DNA of 64,000 bases from a virus. Lineage: Duplodnaviria; Caudoviricetes. Each line of letters opens with the position of its first letter. Positions within the stretch are counted from its first letter, which is position 1. The stretch covers positions 1 to 64,000 of IMG/VR virus record IMGVR_UViG_3300027672_001612; one strand, 5' to 3'. The position numbers were made by a program, and so were the translations under genes. Of the stretch, positions 1 to 8,995 are shown piece after piece. The notes under the pieces are model-generated. The model saw nothing but the letters and a program-made list of their open reading frames with translations. It was not told the DNA's origin and made no database searches.

Positions 1-314
1 TCTCTTTCTTAAATTATTTAATTCAGCTTCTTGTACTGATTCAAGCTCAGGTGCACCCATTTCAAATGCGGCATTGTCTAACTCAGCCATATATGTTGGG
101 ATTTCTTCTGCTGGTATATCTTCTATGTCACCCTCTGCTCTTTCAAGTGCGTCTGAGAACTTAGGGGCATATTCATTCATTTGCTCTAATGCTTCATCGC
201 CCATCTCATCTGTCATTTGATAGATTCTAAAATATGCTTGCTCTAAATCATAATGACTAGGCGCTTTTTCTTCAAGCCCTGATCTCTTTCTTAAATTATT
301 TAATTCAGCTTCTT
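1..314. repeat. Exact 32-bp direct repeat (1-32 and 283-314) encoding EAELNNLRKR
   Basis: tctctttcttaaattatttaattcagcttctt occurs at both positions. Confidence 0.9.
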
Positions 315-1119
315 CATGCCATGAAGCTTTGAGTTTATCTTTTCTAGGATAGCTGGGAGTAGATTTTTTCATTTGATTGTTCCTGATTCTCATTAGGTCT
401 TTGCCCAACTTAGTTGATTTGTCTGCTTCTTCACCGTCTAATGATTTAAACTTCTTAGAGGTTTTGTCAAACTTAAATTCTTTACCACGTTGGTCTTTAA
501 CTGTGTCTGCAACGCCAACATCTTTGTATGCTCTTTCGCCTAAATCTCTGTGAATGTAACCATCTTCTTCACCAGTACCACCACAAGCATCACAGCCTTC
601 GCCTTTGCAAAGTTCACATTTCGGAAGTACTTCGTCTTTGGTGTTTTCTGTTGTTTCTTTGTAGTTGAGTAAAAAGTCTGCTACATAACCACTAGCGTCT
701 CTTGGGGCAATTTCTGGATACAGTTGTTTAAGTATGTCACTTAATGCAAATGCATTGAATCTTCCTGTCTTTACAAATTCATCATGTAAACGTGGAAGTA
801 TTTTTTTAATTTGTTCTTCGCTTGGTACTGGTTGTTTGGGTGCTGATTGCTTTAATTCATCTGCCCAAGTATTGTCTCTGATCTCACCTTCGTCACATGC
901 ATAATTCTGCATGCCTGTGCAACTATCTTCACCGTTCTCGTCATCACCATCCATATATGAACTACCAGAACACTCAGGACAAGTACCATCTTTGATTGTG
1001 TCGTGTTGATGTTCATCATAGCCATCTAATGCGTCTTGTAAATCATCTTGCCAGGTCGGCCCTGTATCTACATCATCAGTAGCTTCTGTATACGATTCGA
1101 ATAAATGTTGTAATTTCAT
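1..1119 (-). CDS. Acidic virion/internal-head-like protein, 3' end outside the window
   Basis: Read manually because it is absent from the track: ATG at 1119 (MKLQHLFES...), open to the window edge, AGGA-type SD upstream, TAAATA at about 1146-1151; contains CxxC pairs and a duplicated EAELNNLRKR motif. Confidence 0.75.
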   Translation of the reverse strand, partial: MKLQHLFESYTEATDDVDTGPTWQDDLQDALDGYDEHQHDTIKDGTCPECSGSSYMDGDDENGEDSCTGMQNYACDEGEIRDNTWADELKQSAPKQPVPSEEQIKKILPRLHDEFVKTGRFNAFALSDILKQLYPEIAPRDASGYVADFLLNYKETTENTKDEVLPKCELCKGEGCDACGGTGEEDGYIHRDLGERAYKDVGVADTVKDQRGKEFKFDKTSKKFKSLDGEEADKSTKLGKDLMRIRNNQMKKSTPSYPRKDKLKASWHEEAELNNLRKRSGLEEKAPSHYDLEQAYFRIYQMTDEMGDEALEQMNEYAPKFSDALERAEGDIEDIPAEEIPTYMAELDNAAFEMGAPELESVQEAELNNLRKR

Positions 1120-1165
1120 AATAATACTTCCTAAACTTTAACAAGTATTTATCACTTTTATGAAA

Positions 1166-1372
1166 TTATTCGGATTCTTTTGCAGTCCATACTAAGTCTA
1201 CACCACGCCTAACAAGTTCGTTACGGCATTTCTGCTTAACTTTGTTCTTTTGCCCTTCGTTTATGTATTTAACTAGTTCTTCTTTAGACTGTTGCTTAAT
1301 ATAGTTGTGAGTTGTTACTTTACCTTTGCCTTTAACAAAAGTAGTTTGTGATGGTTTAAATTTTACTGGCAT
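1166..1372 (-). CDS. Small basic hypothetical protein
   Basis: 68 aa ORF with GGAG SD and an upstream TAAATA. Confidence 0.75.
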   Translation of the reverse strand: MPVKFKPSQTTFVKGKGKVTTHNYIKQQSKEELVKYINEGQKNKVKQKCRNELVRRGVDLVWTAKESE

Positions 1373-1426
1373 GTTGCTCCGTGTTGTTTTACAAGAAATA
1401 TTTATGCCTGGATAAAGTTACAGATA

Positions 1427-2008
1427 CTATTTAATGAGTGCATTAATGCCAATCACTTGATAACCTATTAATCTAGAGTCAGATTGATCTACACTGAAGT
1501 CTATGTCGTGCCTAGTATTCCAACTATTTAACATAAACACACCTGTCCCGGCTTTGGTAGGACTAGAGTACCATGGATCTTTATCGTCCCAATTATGTGA
1601 CCAGAAATTTGTACTACTGTTTTCGGGGTTGTCTTGTAAATTTATAATTAACACTCCAACAACCGTTCGGTTATCTAAATGCCGAGACATTTTAAAACCT
1701 GGAAAATCATTTATTACAGTTAAGTCTTTAACTCCAACTTGTATACCCTCCATTCTTCCCATCCATAGCGGTTTAACTGTTGGAATTTCTTCAGCCTCTT
1801 CACTTAAAAATGTTTCTAATTGTTGGGTATGATTTTTCCATGCTTCTAGAAAACTGTCATTATCTATTTTACATAAACGCCTTAGGTCTTTAACAGGATT
1901 GTTATTACCTTGATCCAGTATACCGTCATGTTGCCAATCTACAGTAGGCAAATCAAAATCTGTAATTTCCCAAACGGGTACGTCAGTGTTTATATGTGTC
2001 ATCTTCAT
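1427..2008 (-). CDS. 2OG-Fe(II) oxygenase-like protein
   Basis: HLD...H...R facial-triad pattern (RHLDN, TRHD, SRLI). Confidence 0.6.
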   Translation of the reverse strand: MKMTHINTDVPVWEITDFDLPTVDWQHDGILDQGNNNPVKDLRRLCKIDNDSFLEAWKNHTQQLETFLSEEAEEIPTVKPLWMGRMEGIQVGVKDLTVINDFPGFKMSRHLDNRTVVGVLIINLQDNPENSSTNFWSHNWDDKDPWYSSPTKAGTGVFMLNSWNTRHDIDFSVDQSDSRLIGYQVIGINALIK

Positions 2009-2020
2009 ATTGTTATTTAG

Positions 2021-2215
2021 TTAGTCTATCCCGTTGGGATATTGTTTGTTGAATTCTTCGTTGGTCCACATGTGTAGTTCTTTATATTTGCGGAAGTGTG
2101 GTATCTTAGCGTATGTAACATAATCTCTATCACAGTTACTACACCATTTTTCTATAGAGTGATGACATTCAGGTAGTTCAAACCCTTTGGGCAGTACTAT
2201 CCCATTTAAATCCAT
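2021..2215 (-). CDS. Hypothetical protein
   Basis: 64 aa ORF tiling the minus-strand operon. Confidence 0.55.
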   Translation of the reverse strand: MDLNGIVLPKGFELPECHHSIEKWCSNCDRDYVTYAKIPHFRKYKELHMWTNEEFNKQYPNGID

Positions 2216-2218
2216 ACA

Positions 2219-2506
2219 TTACTCTTTTTGTTTTTTCTTTTTGAGGTTAGCTACTGTGTTATGTAATACTTTTGTTTCAAGTTCTAAATCTACAATTCTC
2301 TTTGCTAGTAATGGGTATTGTGATAACCATTTATCTTCTTTGGATAAAATTTCTAAATGATATCTGTGAGCTACCCAAGCCATTAATCTATCAACATGCT
2401 TTTGGAACCAAACACCTACTTTAGTGTTCTTAAACCATGCATAGAAACTACTGCCTATAATGCTTGATAAGATTGCTTTTAATGTTAGTATGAATAACCA
2501 ATGCAT
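2219..2506 (-). CDS. Small membrane protein
   Basis: N-terminal hydrophobic helix, C-terminal coiled coil and basic tail. Confidence 0.7.
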   Translation of the reverse strand: MHWLFILTLKAILSSIIGSSFYAWFKNTKVGVWFQKHVDRLMAWVAHRYHLEILSKEDKWLSQYPLLAKRIVDLELETKVLHNTVANLKKKKQKE

Positions 2507-2508
2507 AA

Positions 2509-2991
2509 CTACTCCTTAGGTACGCATTTATTTACACGTTTGCCTTTGTTCTTTCCAGTACCTTTTTGAGTACCATCTTTCTTATAACCGTCCCAGCAAT
2601 CTTGTTCTTCAATTTCTTCTTCTTGTATAGGATCTAGTTGCCATTGGGATCTAAACTCGCCACCGTTTCTAGGTTGAGCTTTCATATTAATTAAAGAAGC
2701 TAACTGTCTAACTAAATCGTCATCATCGAATGCTTTATCACGTATTTTATCTACAATGTTTTTTATGATATCTGCTCTGGCGGCAACGTAAGTACCCTCA
2801 TCCATATCACGACTATTATAATCATGCTTGTTGAACTCGGGTCCTTTCTTTTTAAGTTCTTTCTTCTTATCCCTATGTGTTACTGGTCTATTGAATTTTT
2901 CAATATTCTTTGCAACAGGATTACTGCCACCGTAAGGTTTTGGTCTCTGTGGGACGCCTCTACCTTCAGTTATAATATCACTTAGTTTCAT
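2509..2991 (-). CDS. Putative internal head protein
   Basis: MKLSDIITE leader; C-terminal CWDGYKKDG...VNKCVP motif of the kind seen in T4-like phage proteins. Confidence 0.6.
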   Translation of the reverse strand: MKLSDIITEGRGVPQRPKPYGGSNPVAKNIEKFNRPVTHRDKKKELKKKGPEFNKHDYNSRDMDEGTYVAARADIIKNIVDKIRDKAFDDDDLVRQLASLINMKAQPRNGGEFRSQWQLDPIQEEEIEEQDCWDGYKKDGTQKGTGKNKGKRVNKCVPKE

Positions 2992-2992
2992 T

Positions 2993-3463
2993 TTATACGC
3001 TCTCTAATCTAACCATTAGTCTTTCAGCACGGTTAGTTACTTGTTTGTGCCATCTACTATCTCTACCTTCGATGCCAGCTTGTTTCCAATCCTGTGCTTC
3101 TAAGGCTTTGCGAAAGTTATTAAACTTTCCTAATCTTGTTCTACCCATATTGAACATCATGTTTACTAGTACTTCTTGCACGACCCCAGGCCAATCTGTG
3201 AAGCCATCTCCATATAATGCAACGCATTCTGAGATGCTGGTGTCAAGATCTTTTTCAAAACATGCCTTTGTTCGTTCGTCGCTGACCGGTGTTCCGACAT
3301 CTTGTCCAAATTCCGGATCAGATTCAAGGACCAAGTGTCCAACTCCGAAAGTTGGGTAGCCCAAATGGTCTTTATAAATCTCATTTACGACTCCTTCGTC
3401 GATTTTCAACTGTTCGAATACTGATTCTCTATCTAACTCAGTATCTTTTCCTATACCAAACAT
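2993..3463 (-). CDS. T4-type lysozyme (GH24) endolysin
   Basis: E-x8-D-x5-T catalytic triad (DEGVVNEIYKDHLGYPTFGVGHL), NMMFNMG, and SRWHKQVTNRAERL. Confidence 0.9.
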   Translation of the reverse strand: MFGIGKDTELDRESVFEQLKIDEGVVNEIYKDHLGYPTFGVGHLVLESDPEFGQDVGTPVSDERTKACFEKDLDTSISECVALYGDGFTDWPGVVQEVLVNMMFNMGRTRLGKFNNFRKALEAQDWKQAGIEGRDSRWHKQVTNRAERLMVRLESV

Positions 3464-3519
3464 ATTAGCTCCTATGTGTGTTTATTATTTGTATTTATCT
3501 GATTAAAGGAATTTAATCC

Positions 3520-3546
3520 AAAAAAAAGCACACCGTAGTGTGCTTC
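3520..3546 (-). terminator. Rho-independent terminator
   Basis: Minus strand AAGCACAC-TACG-GTGTGCTTTTTTTT. Confidence 0.85.
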
Positions 3547-3572
3547 TTAATTTAAGTGATTAAAATTTCTAT

Positions 3573-4160
3573 TTACACACTTCCGTTATCAGCTACTGAA
3601 CCAAAGTCTTTAATGGTTAAGCTATCTGTTACAACTAGTACTGTTACAGTACATACTCCACTAGAAGCGGAACCTGTTGTTACTGAAGCAACAATATCTG
3701 TTGCTGAACTGTACCTAGCCATGTAGTTGCTTTGGAACTGAAAAGTTTCAGTCATATCTGCATCTCCGGCTGTGAATAACCTATCCGTGTCACCTGAATC
3801 TCCAACTATAAGTGCTGTACTATCTGTTGCACTTACCCATGGACTACCGATATCAACTGTTACACCATATACCATTGCTCCTGCCGGTATTTCGAATAAA
3901 GTAGTTGATCCGCTGTTAAATTGCACTTCTGTACTAACATACTGTGCAACAGCTTGGGTAGACGCATCAAATTGTCCTTTAGTAAGGAAAGCGGAAGCAA
4001 CAGTGGCGTTGGCGCCTCGCACTTCAACTAATGTTGATCCATTGTTATCTGTGAACTTGAAATAGTCTTCTGTAGTGTCTGTGAGAATTTTTAATCCGCG
4101 TTTTCCAAATTGGACAAGATTGCCCAGTCCTTTTAACGAGAAATTATTTGTATCTGCCAT
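3573..4160 (-). CDS. Virion structural protein (shares modules with 54846-58537)
   Basis: Thr/Ser/Gly-rich beta composition; N-terminal QFGKRG motif and C-terminal VGDxGDxDRL domain also present in the two large structural genes. Confidence 0.7.
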   Translation of the reverse strand: MADTNNFSLKGLGNLVQFGKRGLKILTDTTEDYFKFTDNNGSTLVEVRGANATVASAFLTKGQFDASTQAVAQYVSTEVQFNSGSTTLFEIPAGAMVYGVTVDIGSPWVSATDSTALIVGDSGDTDRLFTAGDADMTETFQFQSNYMARYSSATDIVASVTTGSASSGVCTVTVLVVTDSLTIKDFGSVADNGSV

Positions 4161-4245
4161 TTCGTTACTCCAACGTATTTACATAATCGATTATGTAGAA
4201 GTCTGTAAACTTTCTACAATTGTATTTATGCTAGATGTCCGCTTT

Positions 4246-4992
4246 TCAAGAGATACTAGCAATAAATTTTTGTATTGTTTCGGCGTACAGTTTACACCCA
4301 TCTTTGTTAGGATGACTGTCAGTACTTGATATTTGGAAGCCGTGATCGTCTGTAGTACTTAATACTTGTAATGGTAACCAATTATTGGCACTATTAAAAC
4401 AACGTGACATAGTTTTATTAGAAAATTGCTTTTTTAGAGCTAGACTTCTATGCTCATTAAATACCGATTCACTATGTATGTCACCCCATATTACGGTAGC
4501 ATTAGGATTAATTTTTTCGTAGCTCATTGCTCTCTTTACAGACTCAACAAATAAGTTGTCCATGCCAGTGTAACCATTCGCTTTAGTAGGTAATAAAAAT
4601 CGTTGCATGAAATCCTTAGCAAGTGTAGATTGATTTTCCCTTAGGGAGTCTTCTAGTTCAAAGTCACTATCTAGCATACCGTTTAGACTAGTTATTTGTC
4701 CATCCTTACCAAAATATGGATAGCGAATATCAATAGTGAATCCAAATATTATTAACGGCTTTTTAAATGTACTTGTAGTTTGTAACGGTTGCAACGATAT
4801 TTCTGTATTACTTGCGGCACCTCTAGATACATTAACAACTGGCACATTAAGTTCTTCTGCTAGAAAGACGGGCCAAGCATTCTGTGGCTCACGTTCAGTT
4901 GTAGTGCCATCGAAATTTGTGAAAAATTCACCCTTTCGTACAGGTCCGATAGTAAAACTATCACCACATGCAATTATTCCATCAAAATCCAT
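4246..4992 (-). CDS. SGNH/GDSL hydrolase-like protein
   Basis: GDSFT block I, NVSRGAASN block II, DSHP block V. Confidence 0.7.
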   Translation of the reverse strand: MDFDGIIACGDSFTIGPVRKGEFFTNFDGTTTEREPQNAWPVFLAEELNVPVVNVSRGAASNTEISLQPLQTTSTFKKPLIIFGFTIDIRYPYFGKDGQITSLNGMLDSDFELEDSLRENQSTLAKDFMQRFLLPTKANGYTGMDNLFVESVKRAMSYEKINPNATVIWGDIHSESVFNEHRSLALKKQFSNKTMSRCFNSANNWLPLQVLSTTDDHGFQISSTDSHPNKDGCKLYAETIQKFIASIS

Positions 4993-5006
4993 TATTGTTC
5001 TTCCAT
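4992..5006 (-). other. Leaderless mini-ORF MEEQ* coupled (TAATG) to the SGNH gene
   Basis: TAAATA(5017-5012)-N5-ATG GAA GAA CAA TAA; the stop overlaps the ATG at 4992. Confidence 0.5.
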
Positions 5007-5018
5007 AGCATTATTTAG

Positions 5019-5047
5019 TTGACAACCGGCATATAGTAGTGTATAAT
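5019..5047 (+). promoter_or_regulatory. sigma70-type promoter
   Basis: TTGACA-N17-TATAAT. Confidence 0.85.
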
Positions 5048-5079
5048 TAGAGCTTAATTAATTGATATGGTATTACTAT

Positions 5080-6132
5080 ATGTTTGACACATCTCAGAAG
5101 CGTATTGGATTTTGCTGTAAGTATATGGATCCTGATCAGGACCAGAAGCCTAAAGTACTTAAAGAAATACAATCTAACTTCACAGAACGCCAAACTACTA
5201 TAACATGGCTCAACAGACAGACTAAGGCTGTTGCTGAAGAGCGTATGTTAGACATAGTTGAACATAATATGCAAAGTGCATATAATTTAGTAGACTATGT
5301 TAGCACACTTCCTGCAGAGCGTAGGATGGTGCGTTTAGGTAGTAACCAACTACCCGGAGCAACACAAGATGATTGGAAATATATGTGGAAAGATCCTACT
5401 AACGTTAAAATGTTGGAAGAAGGATTTGCTAAAGTTGGACAGTTGGCTAAAAGTCGTGACGTTCGTCTTTCTTTTCATCCCGGGCAGTTTTGTGTCCTTG
5501 CTAGTGATCGTCCAGATGTTGTTGAACGTTCTGTAGAAGAGTTCGAGTATCATGCAAACATGGCACGTTGGATGGGTTATGGACAAGAGTTCCAAGACTT
5601 TAAAATTAATGTGCATATCTCAGGTAGGAAAGGTTATCAAGGAATTATCGATATATTGCCTAGATTATCTGATGTTGCAAGAAACACTATAACTATCGAG
5701 AATGACGAAATGTGTCACGGACTTGATCAGTCATTGAAGTTAGAGAAGCATGTTGCATTAGTACTAGATGTGCATCATCACTGGATTAGAGATGAAGAAT
5801 ACATACAGCCTAACGATGATAGAGTTAAGCGAGTTATTGATAGTTGGCGTGGTGTACGTCCTGCTATGCATTATAGTTATAGTAGAGATCATGGATTAGC
5901 AATGGCGTTGGAAGAAGGTGAAGAAATTAATCACAATGGATTACAAAACTTACCCGCATTATTAGAAGCTGGTGCTAAGAAACAAAAACTTCGAGCACAC
6001 AGTGACTATTACCCTAACGAAGAGGCTAATGCATGGGCGTTATCCTTTTGGGACAACTTCGACATACAATGCGAAGCTAAGGCTAAGAATTTAGCATCTG
6101 AGCAACTATACTTGCAAAGTATTAATGTATAA
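5080..6132 (+). CDS. uvsE: UV-damage endonuclease UvsE
   Basis: RIGFCC, RLSFHPGQF, TIENDE, LDVHHH, HYS and RAHSDY motifs; start moved to ATG 5080. Confidence 0.92.
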   Translation: MFDTSQKRIGFCCKYMDPDQDQKPKVLKEIQSNFTERQTTITWLNRQTKAVAEERMLDIVEHNMQSAYNLVDYVSTLPAERRMVRLGSNQLPGATQDDWKYMWKDPTNVKMLEEGFAKVGQLAKSRDVRLSFHPGQFCVLASDRPDVVERSVEEFEYHANMARWMGYGQEFQDFKINVHISGRKGYQGIIDILPRLSDVARNTITIENDEMCHGLDQSLKLEKHVALVLDVHHHWIRDEEYIQPNDDRVKRVIDSWRGVRPAMHYSYSRDHGLAMALEEGEEINHNGLQNLPALLEAGAKKQKLRAHSDYYPNEEANAWALSFWDNFDIQCEAKAKNLASEQLYLQSINV

Positions 6133-6255
6133 CAAACATCGAGTCCGGACTCTGTTGTTGTTGACTGTTTGTGGAACAACTAGTTCCTTATCTATCTAGC
6201 ACATCTTAATGAGAGGTGCAATATTGTACTTGTCAACTGGTTCATACAAACAGTT
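6130..6255 (-). ncRNA. Candidate structured small RNA (rod with central bubble)
   Basis: TAAATA at 6266-6261; ACTGTTTGT..GAAC / GTTC..ACAAACAGT closing stem, inner GCAC/GTGC stem, then a GAGTC-CG-GACTC palindrome. Confidence 0.45.
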
Positions 6256-6341
6256 AATAATATTTACAATATTACCAATGAATAGACGAGTTATGGTGTG
6301 ATTTGGTTAAATAATGGTAGTTAAACCATAGGAGTAATGAA

Positions 6342-6692
6342 TTGACATACGTTGTAAAAGGTGAGTGCGTAGATTGTAAGCATACCGCCTGTGTCGCTGT
6401 TTGTCCAGTAGATTGTTTTTTTGAATTAGAGAACACTCTGGTAATAGACCCTGATATTTGTATTGATTGTGCTATTTGTGAACCAGAGTGCCCAGTTGAT
6501 GCAATAGTAAGTGACAGAAAGCTAAAACCTGAAGATAGCCAATGGCTTCAATTTAATGAAGATATGAGCCGAGTTGGCGCTCCTGTAATCGTAAAAGTTA
6601 AAGATCCTATGCCCGGGCATGAAGATGTAAAAATGACTGGAGATGAAGCATTTGCAAAAGCCTCAAGAATACCATTTGTTGATATTTCTTGA
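6342..6692 (+). CDS. fdxA: 7Fe/8Fe ferredoxin (FdxA-like)
   Basis: CxxCxxxxCxxxCP and CxxCxxCxxxCP motifs; AGGAG SD. Confidence 0.9.
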   Translation: MTYVVKGECVDCKHTACVAVCPVDCFFELENTLVIDPDICIDCAICEPECPVDAIVSDRKLKPEDSQWLQFNEDMSRVGAPVIVKVKDPMPGHEDVKMTGDEAFAKASRIPFVDIS

Positions 6693-6725
6693 TAAGTAAT
6701 TACTTAAACTAATCAGTTTAAGTTC

Positions 6726-6754
6726 TTGACATACACCACATAATCTAGTATAAT
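6726..6754 (+). promoter_or_regulatory. sigma70-type promoter
   Basis: TTGACA-N17-TATAAT. Confidence 0.85.
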
Positions 6755-6781
6755 ATGCATATAATAAGGTAAGGTACAATT

Positions 6782-7318
6782 ATGTTTGAAACAAGTATAT
6801 TAACAGCCAAAGCAATAATGTTGACTATGATGGTCGGCACTGCTCCCATGGACGTAAAGAATGTAGAAGAAACATATTGCATGTCGCTTAACATTTACTA
6901 CGAAGCAAGAGGCGAAGGTTGGAAAGGCAAAACAGCAGTAGCCCATGTAGTACAAAATAGGGTAGTACACGACAAATACCCTAACACCGTTTGCGGTGTT
7001 GTGTTACAAGCAAAAACATGGAATGACCGTGTGGTAAGAGACATGTGTCAATTTAGTTGGTATTGCGACGGTAGACCAGACGTTGTGCAAATACGTTACA
7101 AACAGAACCCGAGACGCGGCAAAGTTATCGAAGCCAACATGCGTGATTGGAGACGTTCAGTTGAAACTGCTCTGCAAGTTCAAGCTGGTTGGAGCAGAGA
7201 TGTGTCCGGCGGAGCAACACATTATTATAATCATCATATTTCAACACCTAGTTGGAGTACGGTTTATCCTACAACAACTGTTATAGAAAATCATACATTC
7301 CTTGTTAGGAACGATTAA
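6782..7318 (+). CDS. SleB-like cell wall hydrolase (Hydrolase_2)
   Basis: NIYYEARGE, VQNRV, YPNTVCGVV, CQFSW, GATHY motifs. Confidence 0.9.
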   Translation: MFETSILTAKAIMLTMMVGTAPMDVKNVEETYCMSLNIYYEARGEGWKGKTAVAHVVQNRVVHDKYPNTVCGVVLQAKTWNDRVVRDMCQFSWYCDGRPDVVQIRYKQNPRRGKVIEANMRDWRRSVETALQVQAGWSRDVSGGATHYYNHHISTPSWSTVYPTTTVIENHTFLVRND

Positions 7319-7391
7319 AACTATAGTTAAACGATAAATACTTCTTATACAATTTCCAGTAGGATGGAGGTTGAAATCACAAGGAGTAACA

Positions 7392-7865
7392 ATGTACGAG
7401 TATAATTGCACGGTCGTAAAAATTGTTGACGGAGACACAGTAGACGTAGATATAGATTTAGGTTTTGGTGTTCAGTTAACTGATGAAAGAGTAAGAATTA
7501 TGGGCATCGACACCCCAGAGTCAAGAACATCAGATGAAGTTGAAAAAGTATTCGGTAAAGCCGCAAAGGCGAGACTACAATCATTGATGGGCGAGACATG
7601 TGTTCTAAAAACACAAATTAATAAAGACGGCGAAGACATGAAAGGTAAGTTTGGTAGGATACTAGGCGACTTTGATGTATATGATGTTAAAACAGATTCG
7701 TGGAGACCTGCAACATCCATGCTAATCGAAGAAGGTCATGCTGTAGCATACTTCGGCGGTAGTAAGGAAGAAGTTCAAGCAAAGCATATGGTGAACAGAG
7801 CAAAATTAATCCGTGAAGGAATAGTTGACATGACACCTGAAGAAGCTGGCATTATAAACGAATAA
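7392..7865 (+). CDS. Thermonuclease (SNase)-like nuclease
   Basis: VDGDTVD, RVRIMGIDTPE, KFGRILG; AAGGAG SD before ATG 7392. Confidence 0.88.
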   Translation: MYEYNCTVVKIVDGDTVDVDIDLGFGVQLTDERVRIMGIDTPESRTSDEVEKVFGKAAKARLQSLMGETCVLKTQINKDGEDMKGKFGRILGDFDVYDVKTDSWRPATSMLIEEGHAVAYFGGSKEEVQAKHMVNRAKLIREGIVDMTPEEAGIINE

Positions 7866-7896
7866 TAACATTTACCAAAATAACTAAGGAATTTCC

Positions 7897-7925
7897 TTGA
7901 CATTGTCTAAATATTGCGTTATAAT
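7897..7925 (+). promoter_or_regulatory. sigma70-type promoter
   Basis: TTGACA-N17-TATAAT. Confidence 0.85.
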
Positions 7926-7952
7926 AATATTTAAATTTAAAAGGGATTCCTT

Positions 7953-8240
7953 ATGTTAGTAAATATAGTAAAGAAAGGCGAGATTGTTTCACTAAGACTC
8001 AGCACTGGCGAAGAGCTAGTTGGCACTCTCAGAGATGAAGATACAAAAGAAATAACTATCGAACAGCCATTAATTGTTGGACGTAGTGAAAAAGGTTTCG
8101 GACTAATGCCGTACTTGATGACCGTAGAACAAGAGTCGTCAGTAAAAATTTCCACACGCCACATTATGTCTATTGGGGCGACAATGGAAGAAGTTGCCAA
8201 AGGATATAAAAAACAAACATCTAAAATAGTAAGTCTATAA
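7953..8240 (+). CDS. Sm-like fold phage protein
   Basis: LRLSTGEELVG..ITIEQP pattern. Confidence 0.55.
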   Translation: MLVNIVKKGEIVSLRLSTGEELVGTLRDEDTKEITIEQPLIVGRSEKGFGLMPYLMTVEQESSVKISTRHIMSIGATMEEVAKGYKKQTSKIVSL

Positions 8241-8737
8241 TGAATAAGAGATTTTATAGCGGAAAAACGTATAGTCATTCTACTGGACATAGTTGTGCAT
8301 TTAGACAATGGAAAGCAGATAGCCATTGTAACTTAATACACGGATATGCATTACAGTTTGAATTTATCTTTGGTGGTAACGAATTAGATTCCAGTAACTG
8401 GATAGTAGACTTTGGTGGATTGAAGCCACTTAAAGAATGGTTGAAATATATGTTCGATCATACTTACTTAGTAGCAGAGAATGATCCAGAAATGGCAACT
8501 ATTCAAATGTTACAAGACAAAGGTCTTATTGACATGAGAGTTGTTTCACACACTGGTTGTGAAAGATTTGCTGAAATGGCTTTTGACAAAGCAAATGAAA
8601 TTGTTAAGGAATTAACAGATGGAAGATGTTGGGTACAGAAGACCACAGTAAGAGAGCATGAGCATAATAGTGCTACTGTAGAACTTAATGACCATCAAAA
8701 GGTACATTTTGTAGATATAGACGGTACATTAGTATAA
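8240..8737 (+). CDS. queD: 6-carboxytetrahydropterin synthase QueD
   Basis: HCNLIHGY, VDFGGLK, FDHT, VREHEHNSA. Confidence 0.88.
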   Translation: MNKRFYSGKTYSHSTGHSCAFRQWKADSHCNLIHGYALQFEFIFGGNELDSSNWIVDFGGLKPLKEWLKYMFDHTYLVAENDPEMATIQMLQDKGLIDMRVVSHTGCERFAEMAFDKANEIVKELTDGRCWVQKTTVREHEHNSATVELNDHQKVHFVDIDGTLV

Positions 8738-8744
8738 TTTCTAT

Positions 8745-8970
8745 AGTCTGATTTTTCCACGTTGCGTGGGGGTTTGTACAGACTTTAAACAACAAAACCA
8801 AATTGGTGTCACCTTTTAGATCCAGATTCTCCTTGATTAAGTTCAAGTCGTAGAAAGGTAGTTTTGCTGACGTTAAATCAAAACTTAGTGTAGAAACAGG
8901 TGTGGTAATACTTGAGGGGCAAACAATCCTAGAGAGTTAAGACACACAAAAAAGGCGAAAGCCTTGTGTA
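8745..8970 (+). ncRNA. Candidate multi-hairpin ncRNA
   Basis: About 230 nt with no long ORF, holding six consecutive stem-loops including GGC-GAAA-GCC; TATAAT lies 6 nt upstream. Confidence 0.5.
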
Positions 8971-8995
8971 GATAGCCAGTTAGTAATAGTAAGTC

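Noticed and set aside
8915-8965. c-di-GMP-I-like GGGCAAAC...GAAAGCC
   Set aside because: Spacing and P2/P3 do not fit, and there is no downstream gene on that strand
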